The notes: generated by a model from the sequence alone, not told the origin. A stretch of DNA of 64,000 nt from an uncultured Conexibacteraceae bacterium (GCA_964594365.1 CAZQMB010000004.1:17257-81256), one strand, 5' to 3'; shown: positions 8,846 to 19,047, numbered from the stretch's first letter. Numbers and translations: made by a program.

Positions 8846-9589
8846 GTGCGAGTGGCCGGCTCAGGGGCGCTCGCCGATGAACCCTCCATCTGCCCCAAGG
8901 GAACGTGTGACGGCTCCGGATGGATCCTGGGGCCGGAGGACATCGCTCGCCCGTGTGGCTGCCGGGAGCGCAAGATCGCCAAGGCGAAGTCTCACGGCGT
9001 CTCCTCTGTGATCCCGGCGAGATACCGGGGAGTCTCATTCGATCGACCGCCGGTGACACAGATCAACGACGCGGTGGTCAACCAGGTTCGCGAGTACTGC
9101 GATCGACTCGAAGAGAGCCTCGACTCCGGGCGGGGCCTCTGGTTCTTCGGCAACTCGGGCACCGGTAAGACGACCCTCGCGATGCTCGTCTCGAAACTCA
9201 CGCTCGAGGCTGGTCGAACCGCGGCGATCTACTCGATGCCGCAACTGCTCTCGAGGATCCGGCAGACCTTCGACTCGCTGCCGGGCGAGGAGTCATATCT
9301 GGACCTCTTCGGCCAACTCACCTCGGTCGACCTGCTGCACCTCGATGACCTCGGATCGGAGAATCGAACCGAGTGGGTTCTGGAACAGCTCTATGCGTTG
9401 ATCAACGAGCGGTACGAGGCAGAGAGGGCGCTGGTGGTCACGACCAACCTCACGGCCGAGCAGCTCGAGGAGCAGATCGGTGAACGGGTCGTGTCGCGTC
9501 TGGTCGAGATGTGCGGCGACCCGCTTCCTCTGTACGGCGACGACCGTCGTTTGAAGGTCGCTCCACCGCCGTCCGATTCCGCTTCATAA
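8846..9589 (+). CDS. DnaC/DnaI-type AAA+ ATPase (putative helicase loader) with N-terminal Cys4 motif
   Basis: Walker A GNSGTGKTT, Walker B LLHLDDLG, sensor-I VVTTN, C-terminal RVVSRL, and N-terminal CPKGTC...CGC. The start is ambiguous: TTG 8828, or GTG 8837, 8846 or 8852. GTG 8846 is preferred because AAGGTGG lies 5 nt upstream. The dnaB stop is at 8842-8844. Confidence 0.85.
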   Translation: MRVAGSGALADEPSICPKGTCDGSGWILGPEDIARPCGCRERKIAKAKSHGVSSVIPARYRGVSFDRPPVTQINDAVVNQVREYCDRLEESLDSGRGLWFFGNSGTGKTTLAMLVSKLTLEAGRTAAIYSMPQLLSRIRQTFDSLPGEESYLDLFGQLTSVDLLHLDDLGSENRTEWVLEQLYALINERYEAERALVVTTNLTAEQLEEQIGERVVSRLVEMCGDPLPLYGDDRRLKVAPPPSDSAS

Positions 9590-10942
<1,353 letters not shown>

Positions 10943-10946
10943 GCGC

Positions 10947-12167
10947 CTAACGGCCGGTACCGACCAGCTTGACCCGGCGGTACTGGACTCCCTTGCCTGA
11001 GGTGACGGTCAGGTACCCGCTCCTCTTCTTCGCGCTCTTGGGGAGGAATCGGATCTTCACGGTGCAGGAAGCCCCCGATTCGATAGTCGACGTGCAGGTT
11101 CCCCCTGCCCGTTTGAATCCCCGGCCGCTGACCGCGTACTGAGCCACCGTTGCCGGAAGAGAAGACGTTCCATTCAGGGTCACGGACTTGAATCGTTTCC
11201 GACCCACCTTCACCTTGCCGAAACCGAGCGGAGAGGGCGAGCCCGACACGGAGGCAGCGTAATTCCCGATCCAGGTCCGGAAATTGGCCACACGGGTGTA
11301 GGTGCCCGCGAACCCCGGCGCTGCGCAACCGTCACCACCGCTGACCAGCCCGATCAACGCGCGTCCCGAGGCGGTCTCTACCTCGAGCGGTCCGCCGCTG
11401 TCACCCTGACAGGCATCCTTCCCCTCGTCGTTGCCAGGGGGATTCGGTGTGTTCCCTGCACAGAGGGTCGAGAAGAGGGGTACGCCCGGGTACGCCGTCT
11501 CACAGTCGGAATCGGAGACCACCGGCACCTCCACTTCGCGCAGATCGTCCGAGTAGTACTGGGGCGGACAAGGAGGTTCGGGTGAACCTCCGCCGCACTC
11601 AGCCGGCTGTGCGACCGTGCCACCCCAACCCGCCACGTAGGAAGGATCGCCCGGCTCCCAGAACGAGGCCTGCGAGGGCTTGATCACCGCGCGAACCGGC
11701 TGAGTCGACGGCTCCGACAGTTCCAGGAGGGCGAGATCGTTGGCGGCGGTCGAGTCGACGTAGTTGGGGTTGAGCACGATCCGCCGGAGCGAGATCCGCT
11801 CTCCGCCCGGGCCACTCAGTTTGTGCCGGCCGGCCAGCACCTTGAAGTCACTCGCTGGCTGGACTCCGAAGGGATCGCCCTCCACCACACAGTGACCGGC
11901 GGTCAGCACCCACCTGTGCGCGATCAGAGTGCCACCACACTCCCAGCCGTACTCAGGGCCGATGGCTGCATAGTAGAGAGCGACCACGGAGGGCCATGAG
12001 CCTGCAGGAGCGACCGTACCTCCGATGATCCGGGGGGACACCCGAACGGATTCTTCCGAAGCCCTGGCGCTGCCGACGGCGCCCGAGAGAGCGAGGGAGC
12101 ACGCAAACGCGAGCGCGGCAGAGACCAGTCCGACGCGTCCGACCAGAGGATGCGATCGCACCCTCAA
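10947..12167 (-). CDS. Secreted trypsin-like (S1) serine protease with C-terminal beta-sandwich-like domain
   Basis: Signal peptide, then RIIGGT. Catalytic triad contexts LTAGHCV, NDLALLEL and CQGDSGGPL. An extra C-terminal region of about 100 aa (KVKVGRKRFKSVTLNGTS...CTVKIRFLPK). Confidence 0.85.
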   Translation of the reverse strand: MRVRSHPLVGRVGLVSAALAFACSLALSGAVGSARASEESVRVSPRIIGGTVAPAGSWPSVVALYYAAIGPEYGWECGGTLIAHRWVLTAGHCVVEGDPFGVQPASDFKVLAGRHKLSGPGGERISLRRIVLNPNYVDSTAANDLALLELSEPSTQPVRAVIKPSQASFWEPGDPSYVAGWGGTVAQPAECGGGSPEPPCPPQYYSDDLREVEVPVVSDSDCETAYPGVPLFSTLCAGNTPNPPGNDEGKDACQGDSGGPLEVETASGRALIGLVSGGDGCAAPGFAGTYTRVANFRTWIGNYAASVSGSPSPLGFGKVKVGRKRFKSVTLNGTSSLPATVAQYAVSGRGFKRAGGTCTSTIESGASCTVKIRFLPKSAKKRSGYLTVTSGKGVQYRRVKLVGTGR

Positions 12168-13411
12168 AGCTGAGTCAGCTTGCTGGATTCCATACCCCTC
12201 GTAACACCGCGCAGGTCGAGAATGAGCGGTGCTTTGGATACGACTTTCGAGTAGTCGAGCTCAGGATGCGCTGTGACGATCACCGCCAGATCGCATTGAT
12301 CGAGAGCCTGATCGAGCGGCGTCGAGGAGAGCGCGAACTCGGTCAGTTCGGGCACGTGAGGATCGTGGTAGCTGATCTCCGCGCCCGCATCACGCGCCAG
12401 GCCGATCATCTTCAGGGCAGGGGACTCGCGAGTGTCCCCGATTCCGCCCTTGTAGGCGACCCCCAGCAGGAGGATGCGCGCATCCTTCATCGCCTGTCCC
12501 GAATCACTGAGAGCGCGCTCCATTTTCTGGACGCAGAAGTGGGGCTGATCCTGATTGATCTTCCCGGCAAGCTCGATGAACTCGGTGGAGAAGTCGTACT
12601 CACGTGCCTTGTAGGAGAGATAGAAGGGGTCGACCGGGAGGCAGTGACCTCCCATTCCCGGGCCGGGATCGAACCGCATGAACCCGAACGGCTTCGTCCC
12701 TGCGGCCTCCACCACCTCCCAGACATCTATCCCCATCCGGTCACACAGTTGGGCGAGTTCGTTGACGAGAGCGATGTTGACCGATCTGAAGATGTTCTCC
12801 AACAACTTCGCGAGTTCCGCCGCCTCCGGGCCAGAGACCTCCACGACCTGATCGCAGATCGACGAATAGAGCTCGGTGGCCATCTCGGAACACTTCTCGG
12901 ATATCCCACCCACGATCTTCGGGGTGGTACGGATGGTGTGATCCGTGCGGCCCGGATCGATCCTCTCCGGGGAGAACGCCAGGAAGAAGTCCTCTCCGGC
13001 CTTCATACCCGACTCCTCGAGGATCGGCTGCAGACGTTCGCGCGTGGTCCCCGGATACGTGGTCGATTCCAGCACCACCAACTGACCCTCTCTGAGAACT
13101 CTGGCGAGTGAGGTCGCGGCGTCGACCAGGTAGGTCAGGTCCGGTTCACGGGTGGATGTGAGCGGGGTCGGAACGCAGATCAGGATCGCGTCACAGGCGG
13201 AGAGGTCTTCGGGATCGGAGGTGGGTCGGAAGGAGTCGCCGAGAGCGGCGATCCTCGCGTCGTCGACGTCGTCGATGTAGCTCCTGCGCTCCTGGAGCGA
13301 TGCGAGCTTGCGGGTATCGGTTTCGAGACCGATCACCTCGCTGCCAGCTTCGGCGAAAGCCACCGCCAGCGGCAAACCCACGTATCCGAGTCCGACTATC
13401 CCCACGCGCAT
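12164..13411 (-). CDS. Nucleotide-sugar (UDP-N-acetyl-hexosamine-type) 6-dehydrogenase
   Basis: Rossmann motif VGLGYVGLPLAVAFAEAG and catalytic Cys context GMGGHCLPVDPFYL, which is typical of the WecC/WbpA/Cap5O branch. The exact substrate is not assignable. Confidence 0.88.
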   Translation of the reverse strand: MRVGIVGLGYVGLPLAVAFAEAGSEVIGLETDTRKLASLQERRSYIDDVDDARIAALGDSFRPTSDPEDLSACDAILICVPTPLTSTREPDLTYLVDAATSLARVLREGQLVVLESTTYPGTTRERLQPILEESGMKAGEDFFLAFSPERIDPGRTDHTIRTTPKIVGGISEKCSEMATELYSSICDQVVEVSGPEAAELAKLLENIFRSVNIALVNELAQLCDRMGIDVWEVVEAAGTKPFGFMRFDPGPGMGGHCLPVDPFYLSYKAREYDFSTEFIELAGKINQDQPHFCVQKMERALSDSGQAMKDARILLLGVAYKGGIGDTRESPALKMIGLARDAGAEISYHDPHVPELTEFALSSTPLDQALDQCDLAVIVTAHPELDYSKVVSKAPLILDLRGVTRGMESSKLTQL

Positions 13412-13489
13412 AGACGGTTGATTCTAGGCGGGGACAGGTCGGCGCTTGGGAGGGATCCTGCCCAGTCCCCTCCGTCTACCATCAGGTCG

Positions 13490-14146
13490 ATGTCCGAAGG
13501 CGTCGAACTGCAAGGGAAGGTCGCACTGGTCACGGGAGCCTCGTCCGGGATCGGGGCTGCGACGGCGCGTCTGCTGGTCGAGAAAGGGGCCGTGGTGGCT
13601 GCTGTGGCACGCAGGAAGGAACTTCTGGACCAACTCGGCGGAGTCGAAGCCCATTCCGTCGATCTGTCAGACCCGCTTCAGGCCCAGCAGCTCGCAGCGA
13701 ACGTGGAGGATGCCCACGGAAGGGTGGACATCCTGATCAACAACGCCGCGGTCAGGGTCGACGGAGCGGTCGATCAGATTTCGGTCGAGGATCTCGACTC
13801 CTCGTTCCAACTCAATGCACTGACACCGTTCGTCCTGGCCGGGAGACTGCTGCCAGGGATGAAGGAGAGGGGGGAGGGCGTCATCGCCAACGTCGTCGCT
13901 CCCAAGGTCAGCGCCGGCCGCAAGGGAATGGGTGTCTACGCGGCCTCCAAGGCAGCCCTCGAATCCACCACCCAGACCCTGCGGCAGGAGGCGGGGGGAT
14001 CGAGCGGGGTGGCTGTGTTCGCCTTCGACCCAGGATGGGTCAAGACCGATCTCGCCCCCGACGGGACCGATACGCCCGAGGCGGCAGCGGAACGGCTCGT
14101 TGCGCACATCGAGGCAGGAAAAGGAAGCAGGGAGATCCTCTCCTGA
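13490..14146 (+). CDS. Short-chain dehydrogenase/reductase (SDR)
   Basis: The ATG at 13490 gives MSEGVELQGKVALVTGASSGIG. Also NNAA and the YAASKAAL active-site motif. Confidence 0.85.
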   Translation: MSEGVELQGKVALVTGASSGIGAATARLLVEKGAVVAAVARRKELLDQLGGVEAHSVDLSDPLQAQQLAANVEDAHGRVDILINNAAVRVDGAVDQISVEDLDSSFQLNALTPFVLAGRLLPGMKERGEGVIANVVAPKVSAGRKGMGVYAASKAALESTTQTLRQEAGGSSGVAVFAFDPGWVKTDLAPDGTDTPEAAAERLVAHIEAGKGSREILS

Positions 14147-14225
14147 ATCCCGCCATCTACGGAACTTTCGCCGCCCAGCAGGGTTTCAGGATCACCTCTA
14201 GTCCTCCACCAACCGAAGGAGCAGC

Positions 14226-14759
14226 ATGAAGAAGAGACTCTCGATCGTCCTCGCCGCCTCTTGCGTCACGGGCCTGATGTTGGCGCCCGCTTCCCACGCC
14301 AGCCCCGCAGTCGATGCCGGCAAACAGGCGAAGGTCTTCGCTGCCAAACAGTGTGCCGCGCAGGCCAAGCAGGCTCCCAAGGTGTTCAGGGCTCGCTACG
14401 GGAAGGTCCGCAGGACCGCGCTCGCCGCTTGCGTCCGGACCGGAACCAGGGATCTGGTCACCGAAGTGGGTACCGCAGTGGAAACCTGCGCGAACGAGCT
14501 GGTTGCCGACCCGTCAGGTTTCCTGGACGCATACGGCGACAGCAGCGATCCTCTCGGCGTAGTGCAGGCCTTCCCGAACTGCGTCCGATCCAAGCTCGGC
14601 AGCGAGATCCAGGCGAGGATCGAGGCCTTCGCCGTCGCGGGCAGGGAATGCCTGCAGGAGGCGAGGAATGACCCCGAAGCGTTCAGGGGGACATACGGTC
14701 AGGGAGACGGACCCTTGGCAGCGATCGGTCGATGCATCGATTCGAGATTGGCATCGTGA
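14226..14759 (+). CDS. Hypothetical secreted protein
   Basis: Signal peptide MKKRLSIVLAASCVTGLMLAPASHA and several conserved-looking Cys residues. No family recognised. Confidence 0.5.
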   Translation: MKKRLSIVLAASCVTGLMLAPASHASPAVDAGKQAKVFAAKQCAAQAKQAPKVFRARYGKVRRTALAACVRTGTRDLVTEVGTAVETCANELVADPSGFLDAYGDSSDPLGVVQAFPNCVRSKLGSEIQARIEAFAVAGRECLQEARNDPEAFRGTYGQGDGPLAAIGRCIDSRLAS

Positions 14760-14819
14760 ATCCAGCGCGCCACCTCGGGCGCTGATACGGTTCCGGTGGT
14801 GCAGGGAGCAATACATCTG

Positions 14820-15893
14820 ATGCGGGGGCGACTCGCCATAGCCGCAGCGGCTTCGGTGCTGTCCGTCCTCGTGGCTCTGGTGATCGCCGGTGAGTCCAAC
14901 GCGTCCCGCTCGGCAACCGCTCCGCCCAACTCCGTGTCGCAGGAGGAACTCGCATCGCAGTTCAAGTGCGAGCGACACACGGAGGCCGGGGATCTGACCG
15001 GAGAAGCGGCCTTCGTGGGTGACACCCGTACACCGCTGGTGTTCGTGACCGGTACCGGGGCTTCCGGGGATGCTGCCTACGCGATCGGCAAAGATGCCTT
15101 CGACCTCGAGGGAAGGACCGTCTGCTGGACCAACTTCCCCGATCAGCCCGCCGACGGCGTCACTCAGGGCTACAACACCACCGGAGACATCCAGATCTCG
15201 GTCCAGTACCTGGTCTACGCGATTCGCCAGACATATGCGATGGCTGGCCGCAAGGTCGCCGTGTTCGGCATCAGTCAGGGTGCTCTGCTTCCGAGGATTG
15301 CCCTGACCTACTGGAAGGATCTGCGGACCAAGGTCACGGACGTGATCGGAGCTGCCGGGACCCATCACGGGACGAACGTTATCGGGAGCACCTGCACCGC
15401 TTCTGCGCCGTGTCCGCCCGCTGGCTGGCAGCAGAAGAAGGGCTCGAAGCTGCTCCGTGCGCTCAACTCACAGCGGGACGAGACACCCGGCAAGAGCGTT
15501 GGCTGGACCACTATCCGCTCGCTCAGCGATCAGACCGTCAAGCCGGTGACCAAGAACGCCAAGACCTCTTCCTCAGCGCTGCAAGGGGCCACGAACATCC
15601 TGATCCAGGATATCTGCAAAGGCAGGACCGTCTCACACATCGGTACAGCGCTCGACTCGGTCACATTCGCCGCAATCCAGGACGCCATCGACCACCCCGG
15701 TCCCGCGAAGATCAAGCGTCTGCCTCGCTCTCAGGCCTTCTGCGCCAACCGGTACGCGCCTCCCTTCGAGAACGCCGAAGGCGACATCCTCGTTGGCCTC
15801 GCCAACGGGGTCACTGGCGGTAACCAGACGAGCACCCCTCGGGTCTCAGCCGAACCGGCTGTGGACGCCTGGTTCCGCAAGATCCACCGCTGA
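14820..15893 (+). CDS. Secreted lipase/esterase, Candida antarctica lipase B-like alpha/beta hydrolase
   Basis: The ATG at 14820 gives a signal peptide. Collinear with the CalB core: VFVTGTGASGD...CWTNFPDQP...VAVFGISQGALLPR (GxSxG nucleophile elbow)...VIGAAGTHHGT. Confidence 0.72.
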   Translation: MRGRLAIAAAASVLSVLVALVIAGESNASRSATAPPNSVSQEELASQFKCERHTEAGDLTGEAAFVGDTRTPLVFVTGTGASGDAAYAIGKDAFDLEGRTVCWTNFPDQPADGVTQGYNTTGDIQISVQYLVYAIRQTYAMAGRKVAVFGISQGALLPRIALTYWKDLRTKVTDVIGAAGTHHGTNVIGSTCTASAPCPPAGWQQKKGSKLLRALNSQRDETPGKSVGWTTIRSLSDQTVKPVTKNAKTSSSALQGATNILIQDICKGRTVSHIGTALDSVTFAAIQDAIDHPGPAKIKRLPRSQAFCANRYAPPFENAEGDILVGLANGVTGGNQTSTPRVSAEPAVDAWFRKIHR

Positions 15894-15911
15894 GCCTGGA
15901 TCCGAGCTGCC

Positions 15912-16910
15912 TTAGAGGCCGTTCAACTCCCTCGCAGCCCCGATCGCGTCGCCGGTGCCGAGGAAATCCACCGCCAGGATGTTCGGCAGCCTGCCGCGCA
16001 CCGTCCGACATGCCTTGGCTCTCGCTACCAGCGCGGATCGGGTGTTGACCAGTGCGGCATCCTCGATACTCGGTACCGGAGGAAACACGTCGCGGGATAT
16101 CCAGTGGTTCATCAGGAAGAGATTGCCCACGTCGCCCCCTCGTCTGGCGGCGCAACTCGAGGCCAGCGATTCGGGATCGAGGAGCTCGGAGGGCAGCTCG
16201 TAGCTCCAGTCCGTCTCTCGCATCAAACCCGAATACGCGAGGTGGTACCAAGGGACATCACCTACGTCAGTCTGAGCGAACACTACGACGCGGCGCCCTG
16301 ATCTGATCATCGATCCCAAGGTCGGCCAACGGCCGGTGCCGCCCGTGTAGACGTACCTCGACAAACCACTCGCACGAACAGCGCTCGCGAAGTCGTCCGG
16401 AGCAATGTAGTCCTCGTTGATCAACACGACCACCTCGCGCGGATGCCTGCGCAGGAAGTTGGTGAAGTAGCGCAGGCCTGAGGTGAGTTTGGTCGCTCCG
16501 AACTGACACAGGACGTGACACAGGTAGGTCGAGGTATCGGGAAATGCCGAGGGATCCTCTACGGAGTCCACACCGTTCGGATTCAGTACGTTCGGTGCGG
16601 GTCTGCCGTAGTGGGTGTCGATGAGAAAGGCTCTCGCGCCGCGCTTGAGCTGATCGGGGATCGCGAACGTCTGATGAGGGAGACCAAAGCCTGCCTGCGA
16701 GGCTGACATCGAGTTGTGAGTCCCGACGAGCACTACCCGGTCGAGACTGCGTCCACAGAGCTTCGAGGACCCGTTACACGGAAGAGGCTTCTTGGCCTCG
16801 GCTACTCCGGTCGGAGTAATCGAACAGAATCCAAGCACGACGAGACACCCGACTATGGCCCCAGTGAGCCATTTTCCCGGTCTATGCAGCACTCGCCCGA
16901 TCCCCACCAT
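15912..16910 (-). CDS. Secreted PLC-like phosphodiesterase (PI-PLC X-domain family)
   Basis: N-terminal hydrophobic anchor or signal, then LVGTHNSMS and AFLIDTHYG, typical of the PI-PLC X-box TIM barrel. Confidence 0.68.
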   Translation of the reverse strand: MVGIGRVLHRPGKWLTGAIVGCLVVLGFCSITPTGVAEAKKPLPCNGSSKLCGRSLDRVVLVGTHNSMSASQAGFGLPHQTFAIPDQLKRGARAFLIDTHYGRPAPNVLNPNGVDSVEDPSAFPDTSTYLCHVLCQFGATKLTSGLRYFTNFLRRHPREVVVLINEDYIAPDDFASAVRASGLSRYVYTGGTGRWPTLGSMIRSGRRVVVFAQTDVGDVPWYHLAYSGLMRETDWSYELPSELLDPESLASSCAARRGGDVGNLFLMNHWISRDVFPPVPSIEDAALVNTRSALVARAKACRTVRGRLPNILAVDFLGTGDAIGAARELNGL

Positions 16911-17052
16911 GGGACACAGTCTAGACGCGGAACCTCCCTGTCACGCGATCAACGAACGGGCGCCATAGTAGCCACAGGCTGCGGCAGCGAGGCCGTATCC
17001 AGCGGCAACTCCCGCAGAGCCACCGGCGACCACCAAGAAGGGGGTCATCGAG

Positions 17053-17125
17053 TGGGCCGTGAAGGATTCGAACCTTCGACCTTGAGATTAAGAGTCTCCT
17101 GCTCTACCAACTGAGCTAACGGCCC
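17053..17125 (-). tRNA. tRNA-Lys (anticodon CTT)
   Basis: Cloverleaf folded by hand (73 nt): acceptor GGGCCGT/ACGGCCC, D-arm GCTC-AGTTGGTA-GAGC, anticodon loop CT-CTT-AA (one G-A mismatch at 27:43), T-arm GAAGG-TTCGAAT-CCTTC, discriminator A. CCA is not encoded. Confidence 0.88.
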
Positions 17126-17197
17126 CTGTTCTGGTTTCCCGATGCTCCGGGAATCACACGGTTGGGGATTATAGGTAGCGCTCGGTAACGGCAGGGA

Positions 17198-18004
17198 TCA
17201 GGGAGTGCCCAGCGGGGATCCGCCGAAGCCTCCACCACTGAGTGGATTCGAGCCACCGGCGCCAGCGCCGCCTGATTGAGCTTGAGCCTTCGACTCGGTG
17301 ACCACCTGCTTCTCGAATGCCTTCGCGGACTTCTCCACCTGATCGAACTGTTTGCTCAGTTCCTTCCGATCACCAGCGGGGGCCTTCGCGAGGGCTTGGG
17401 AAACGGTGCGCTGGGCTGCTGCGAAGTCACCGGCGTAGAACAGGTAGACAGCGAGGTTGTTCAGATTGCCGACGGTCGGGTTCTGGTCGACCGCGACTTC
17501 TTGAGCCTCCGCTGCGTTCTCCACATCGATCCTGGCGTCGGCTGCGCTCGAGGAAGACTGCGCCATCAAGAAGAAACTGTTGGCGAGCTGGAGCGCAAGG
17601 CCGGAGTCCGGCCTCTTGGGATTCCCTTTCAGGTAGAGGTCCCATTGGTCCGCAGCGAGGTTGTAGGAAGTGGATGCTTCGGGTGTTGCGGTGGACTGAC
17701 CGGTCTGAGGGTCGACCTCGAGTTGCTGGTTTCCACGCTGGATGTAGAGACTGACCAGATCGAGCCGGGCAGCCTCGTTGTCGGGGTTGGTCTTCAAGGC
17801 GGCCTGTGCCGTCTGGATCTCCTTGGCATAGATCTCGCTGCTGTCCTGCTCGCTGTCGCGCAGTCCCAGCGCATCCAACAGACCGCCAGTGGCGTCCGAG
17901 CCGATTCCGAAGAAGAGCAAGCCGCCGCCGAGCAAAATGGCGAGAGTCGAGTAGATGACCTTGATCGCGGCACGTCTGCCTGGACTCTGTAGATCGAAGA
18001 GCAT
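17198..18004 (-). CDS. Membrane-anchored TPR-like repeat protein
   Basis: N-terminal TM segment (VIYSTLAILLGGGLLFFGI), helical repeat region and a Gly-rich C-terminus. Family assignment is weak. Confidence 0.5.
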   Translation of the reverse strand: MLFDLQSPGRRAAIKVIYSTLAILLGGGLLFFGIGSDATGGLLDALGLRDSEQDSSEIYAKEIQTAQAALKTNPDNEAARLDLVSLYIQRGNQQLEVDPQTGQSTATPEASTSYNLAADQWDLYLKGNPKRPDSGLALQLANSFFLMAQSSSSAADARIDVENAAEAQEVAVDQNPTVGNLNNLAVYLFYAGDFAAAQRTVSQALAKAPAGDRKELSKQFDQVEKSAKAFEKQVVTESKAQAQSGGAGAGGSNPLSGGGFGGSPLGTP

Positions 18005-18013
18005 CGTCTAAGG

Positions 18014-18787
18014 CTAGCCGGGGTCGGGCGTCGCTGTCGGGGGGTCATTCGCTTTTTCCGGCTGGGGACTGCCGGCAACACGGGCGAGGAGGATGCTGCC
18101 CTCGTAGAGCAGGTAGAGGGGCACCATCGAGATCAGCATCGTGACCGGATCGGTGCCTGGAAGGAGCATTGCGATCACGGCGATCACCAGGACCGCGTAC
18201 CGGCGATAGCGCGCCAGCATGTCCGGCGTGGTCACGCCCAGACGGGTCAGGGCGAGGATCACGACCGGCACCTGGAACAGGACGCCGAGCGAGAGGAGGG
18301 TGAGGCCGAAGAAGGAGTAGTAGTCCTTGGCCCGCACCTCGATCTTGAATTCCGTCGCGTTGAAGCCGAGCAGGAACTTGGTGGCTGCGGGCATCACCGC
18401 GAAGTAGGCGAAAGCAACTCCGGCGAGGAACAGCACTGGAATCAGGACGACCATGGGTTTCGCCACGTGGCGCTCGCGTGGAGTGAGCGCGGGGAGTATG
18501 AAGGCGTAGGTCTGGTAGAGGATTACCGGGAGGCTGATCACCAGGGCTGCATAGGCGGCGACGGTGATCGTGGTGATGAATGGCTCACCGACGGCGAAGG
18601 TGATGGGCTGAAACCCGTCGGGCAGGGGACGGTTGGCAATCTCCAGCACGAGATCGCTCTGCCAGATACAGAGGCCGAGCGCGACGAGGAATACGGCTAT
18701 GCAGACGATGAGACGAAAGCGGAGTTCGTCCAGATGCTCGACCAGCGTGAACTGGTCGTCCGGTGATGCCGGCTTGATCTTCGGCAT
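18014..18787 (-). CDS. tatC: Twin-arginine translocase subunit TatC
   Basis: LVEHLDELRFRLI start motif and a six-TM layout. Confidence 0.92.
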   Translation of the reverse strand: MPKIKPASPDDQFTLVEHLDELRFRLIVCIAVFLVALGLCIWQSDLVLEIANRPLPDGFQPITFAVGEPFITTITVAAYAALVISLPVILYQTYAFILPALTPRERHVAKPMVVLIPVLFLAGVAFAYFAVMPAATKFLLGFNATEFKIEVRAKDYYSFFGLTLLSLGVLFQVPVVILALTRLGVTTPDMLARYRRYAVLVIAVIAMLLPGTDPVTMLISMVPLYLLYEGSILLARVAGSPQPEKANDPPTATPDPG

Positions 18788-19047
18788 CAGGACTTCTTGT
18801 CGGAGACGACTTCGCCCTGCACGGGCTCGTCGTCCGGGGCTGGATCCCCCGAGCTCGACGTGCCTGCGAGTTCACGGCTCTCCGGGCTGCCCGGAGAATC
18901 CTCACGGTTCTTCCCTGTGACCGAGCTGCGGAACTCCCTGATGCCTCGACCCATCGAGCGGCCGAGTTCAGGCAGACGTTTCGGCCCGAAGATGATCAGG
19001 ACGATGATCAGGACGATCGCGATTTCGAGCGGTCCGATATTGGGCAT
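18787..19047 (-). CDS. tatA: Twin-arginine translocase subunit TatA/E
   Basis: MPNIGPLEIAIVLIIVLIIFGPKRLPELGRSMGRGIREFR. One-nt overlap with tatC. Confidence 0.9.
   Translation of the reverse strand: MPNIGPLEIAIVLIIVLIIFGPKRLPELGRSMGRGIREFRSSVTGKNREDSPGSPESRELAGTSSSGDPAPDDEPVQGEVVSDKKS

Noticed and set aside
8828-9589. Interpretation of the AAA+ ORF as the IstB helper of an IS21-family element
   Set aside because: There is no IstA transposase gene or pseudogene on either side and no terminal inverted repeats. The gene is translationally coupled to dnaB and has a Cys4 N-terminal motif not seen in IstB.
16716-17114. 132-aa plus-strand ORF running through tRNA-Lys
   Set aside because: It overlaps a well-folded tRNA gene and has no coding signature.
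17053-17125. tRNA-Lys (and tRNA-Ile at 33309-33382) as the attachment site of an integrated mobile element
   Set aside because: There is no integrase, excisionase or phage/ICE gene, and no repeat of the tRNA 3' end was seen nearby. Only the weak 'accessory-looking' hydrolase cluster is reported as a finding.
17168-17173. TATAAT (minus-strand sense) about 45 nt upstream of tRNA-Lys as its promoter -10
   Set aside because: No acceptable -35 hexamer is present at 16-18 nt spacing, so the hexamer alone is too weak to call a promoter.
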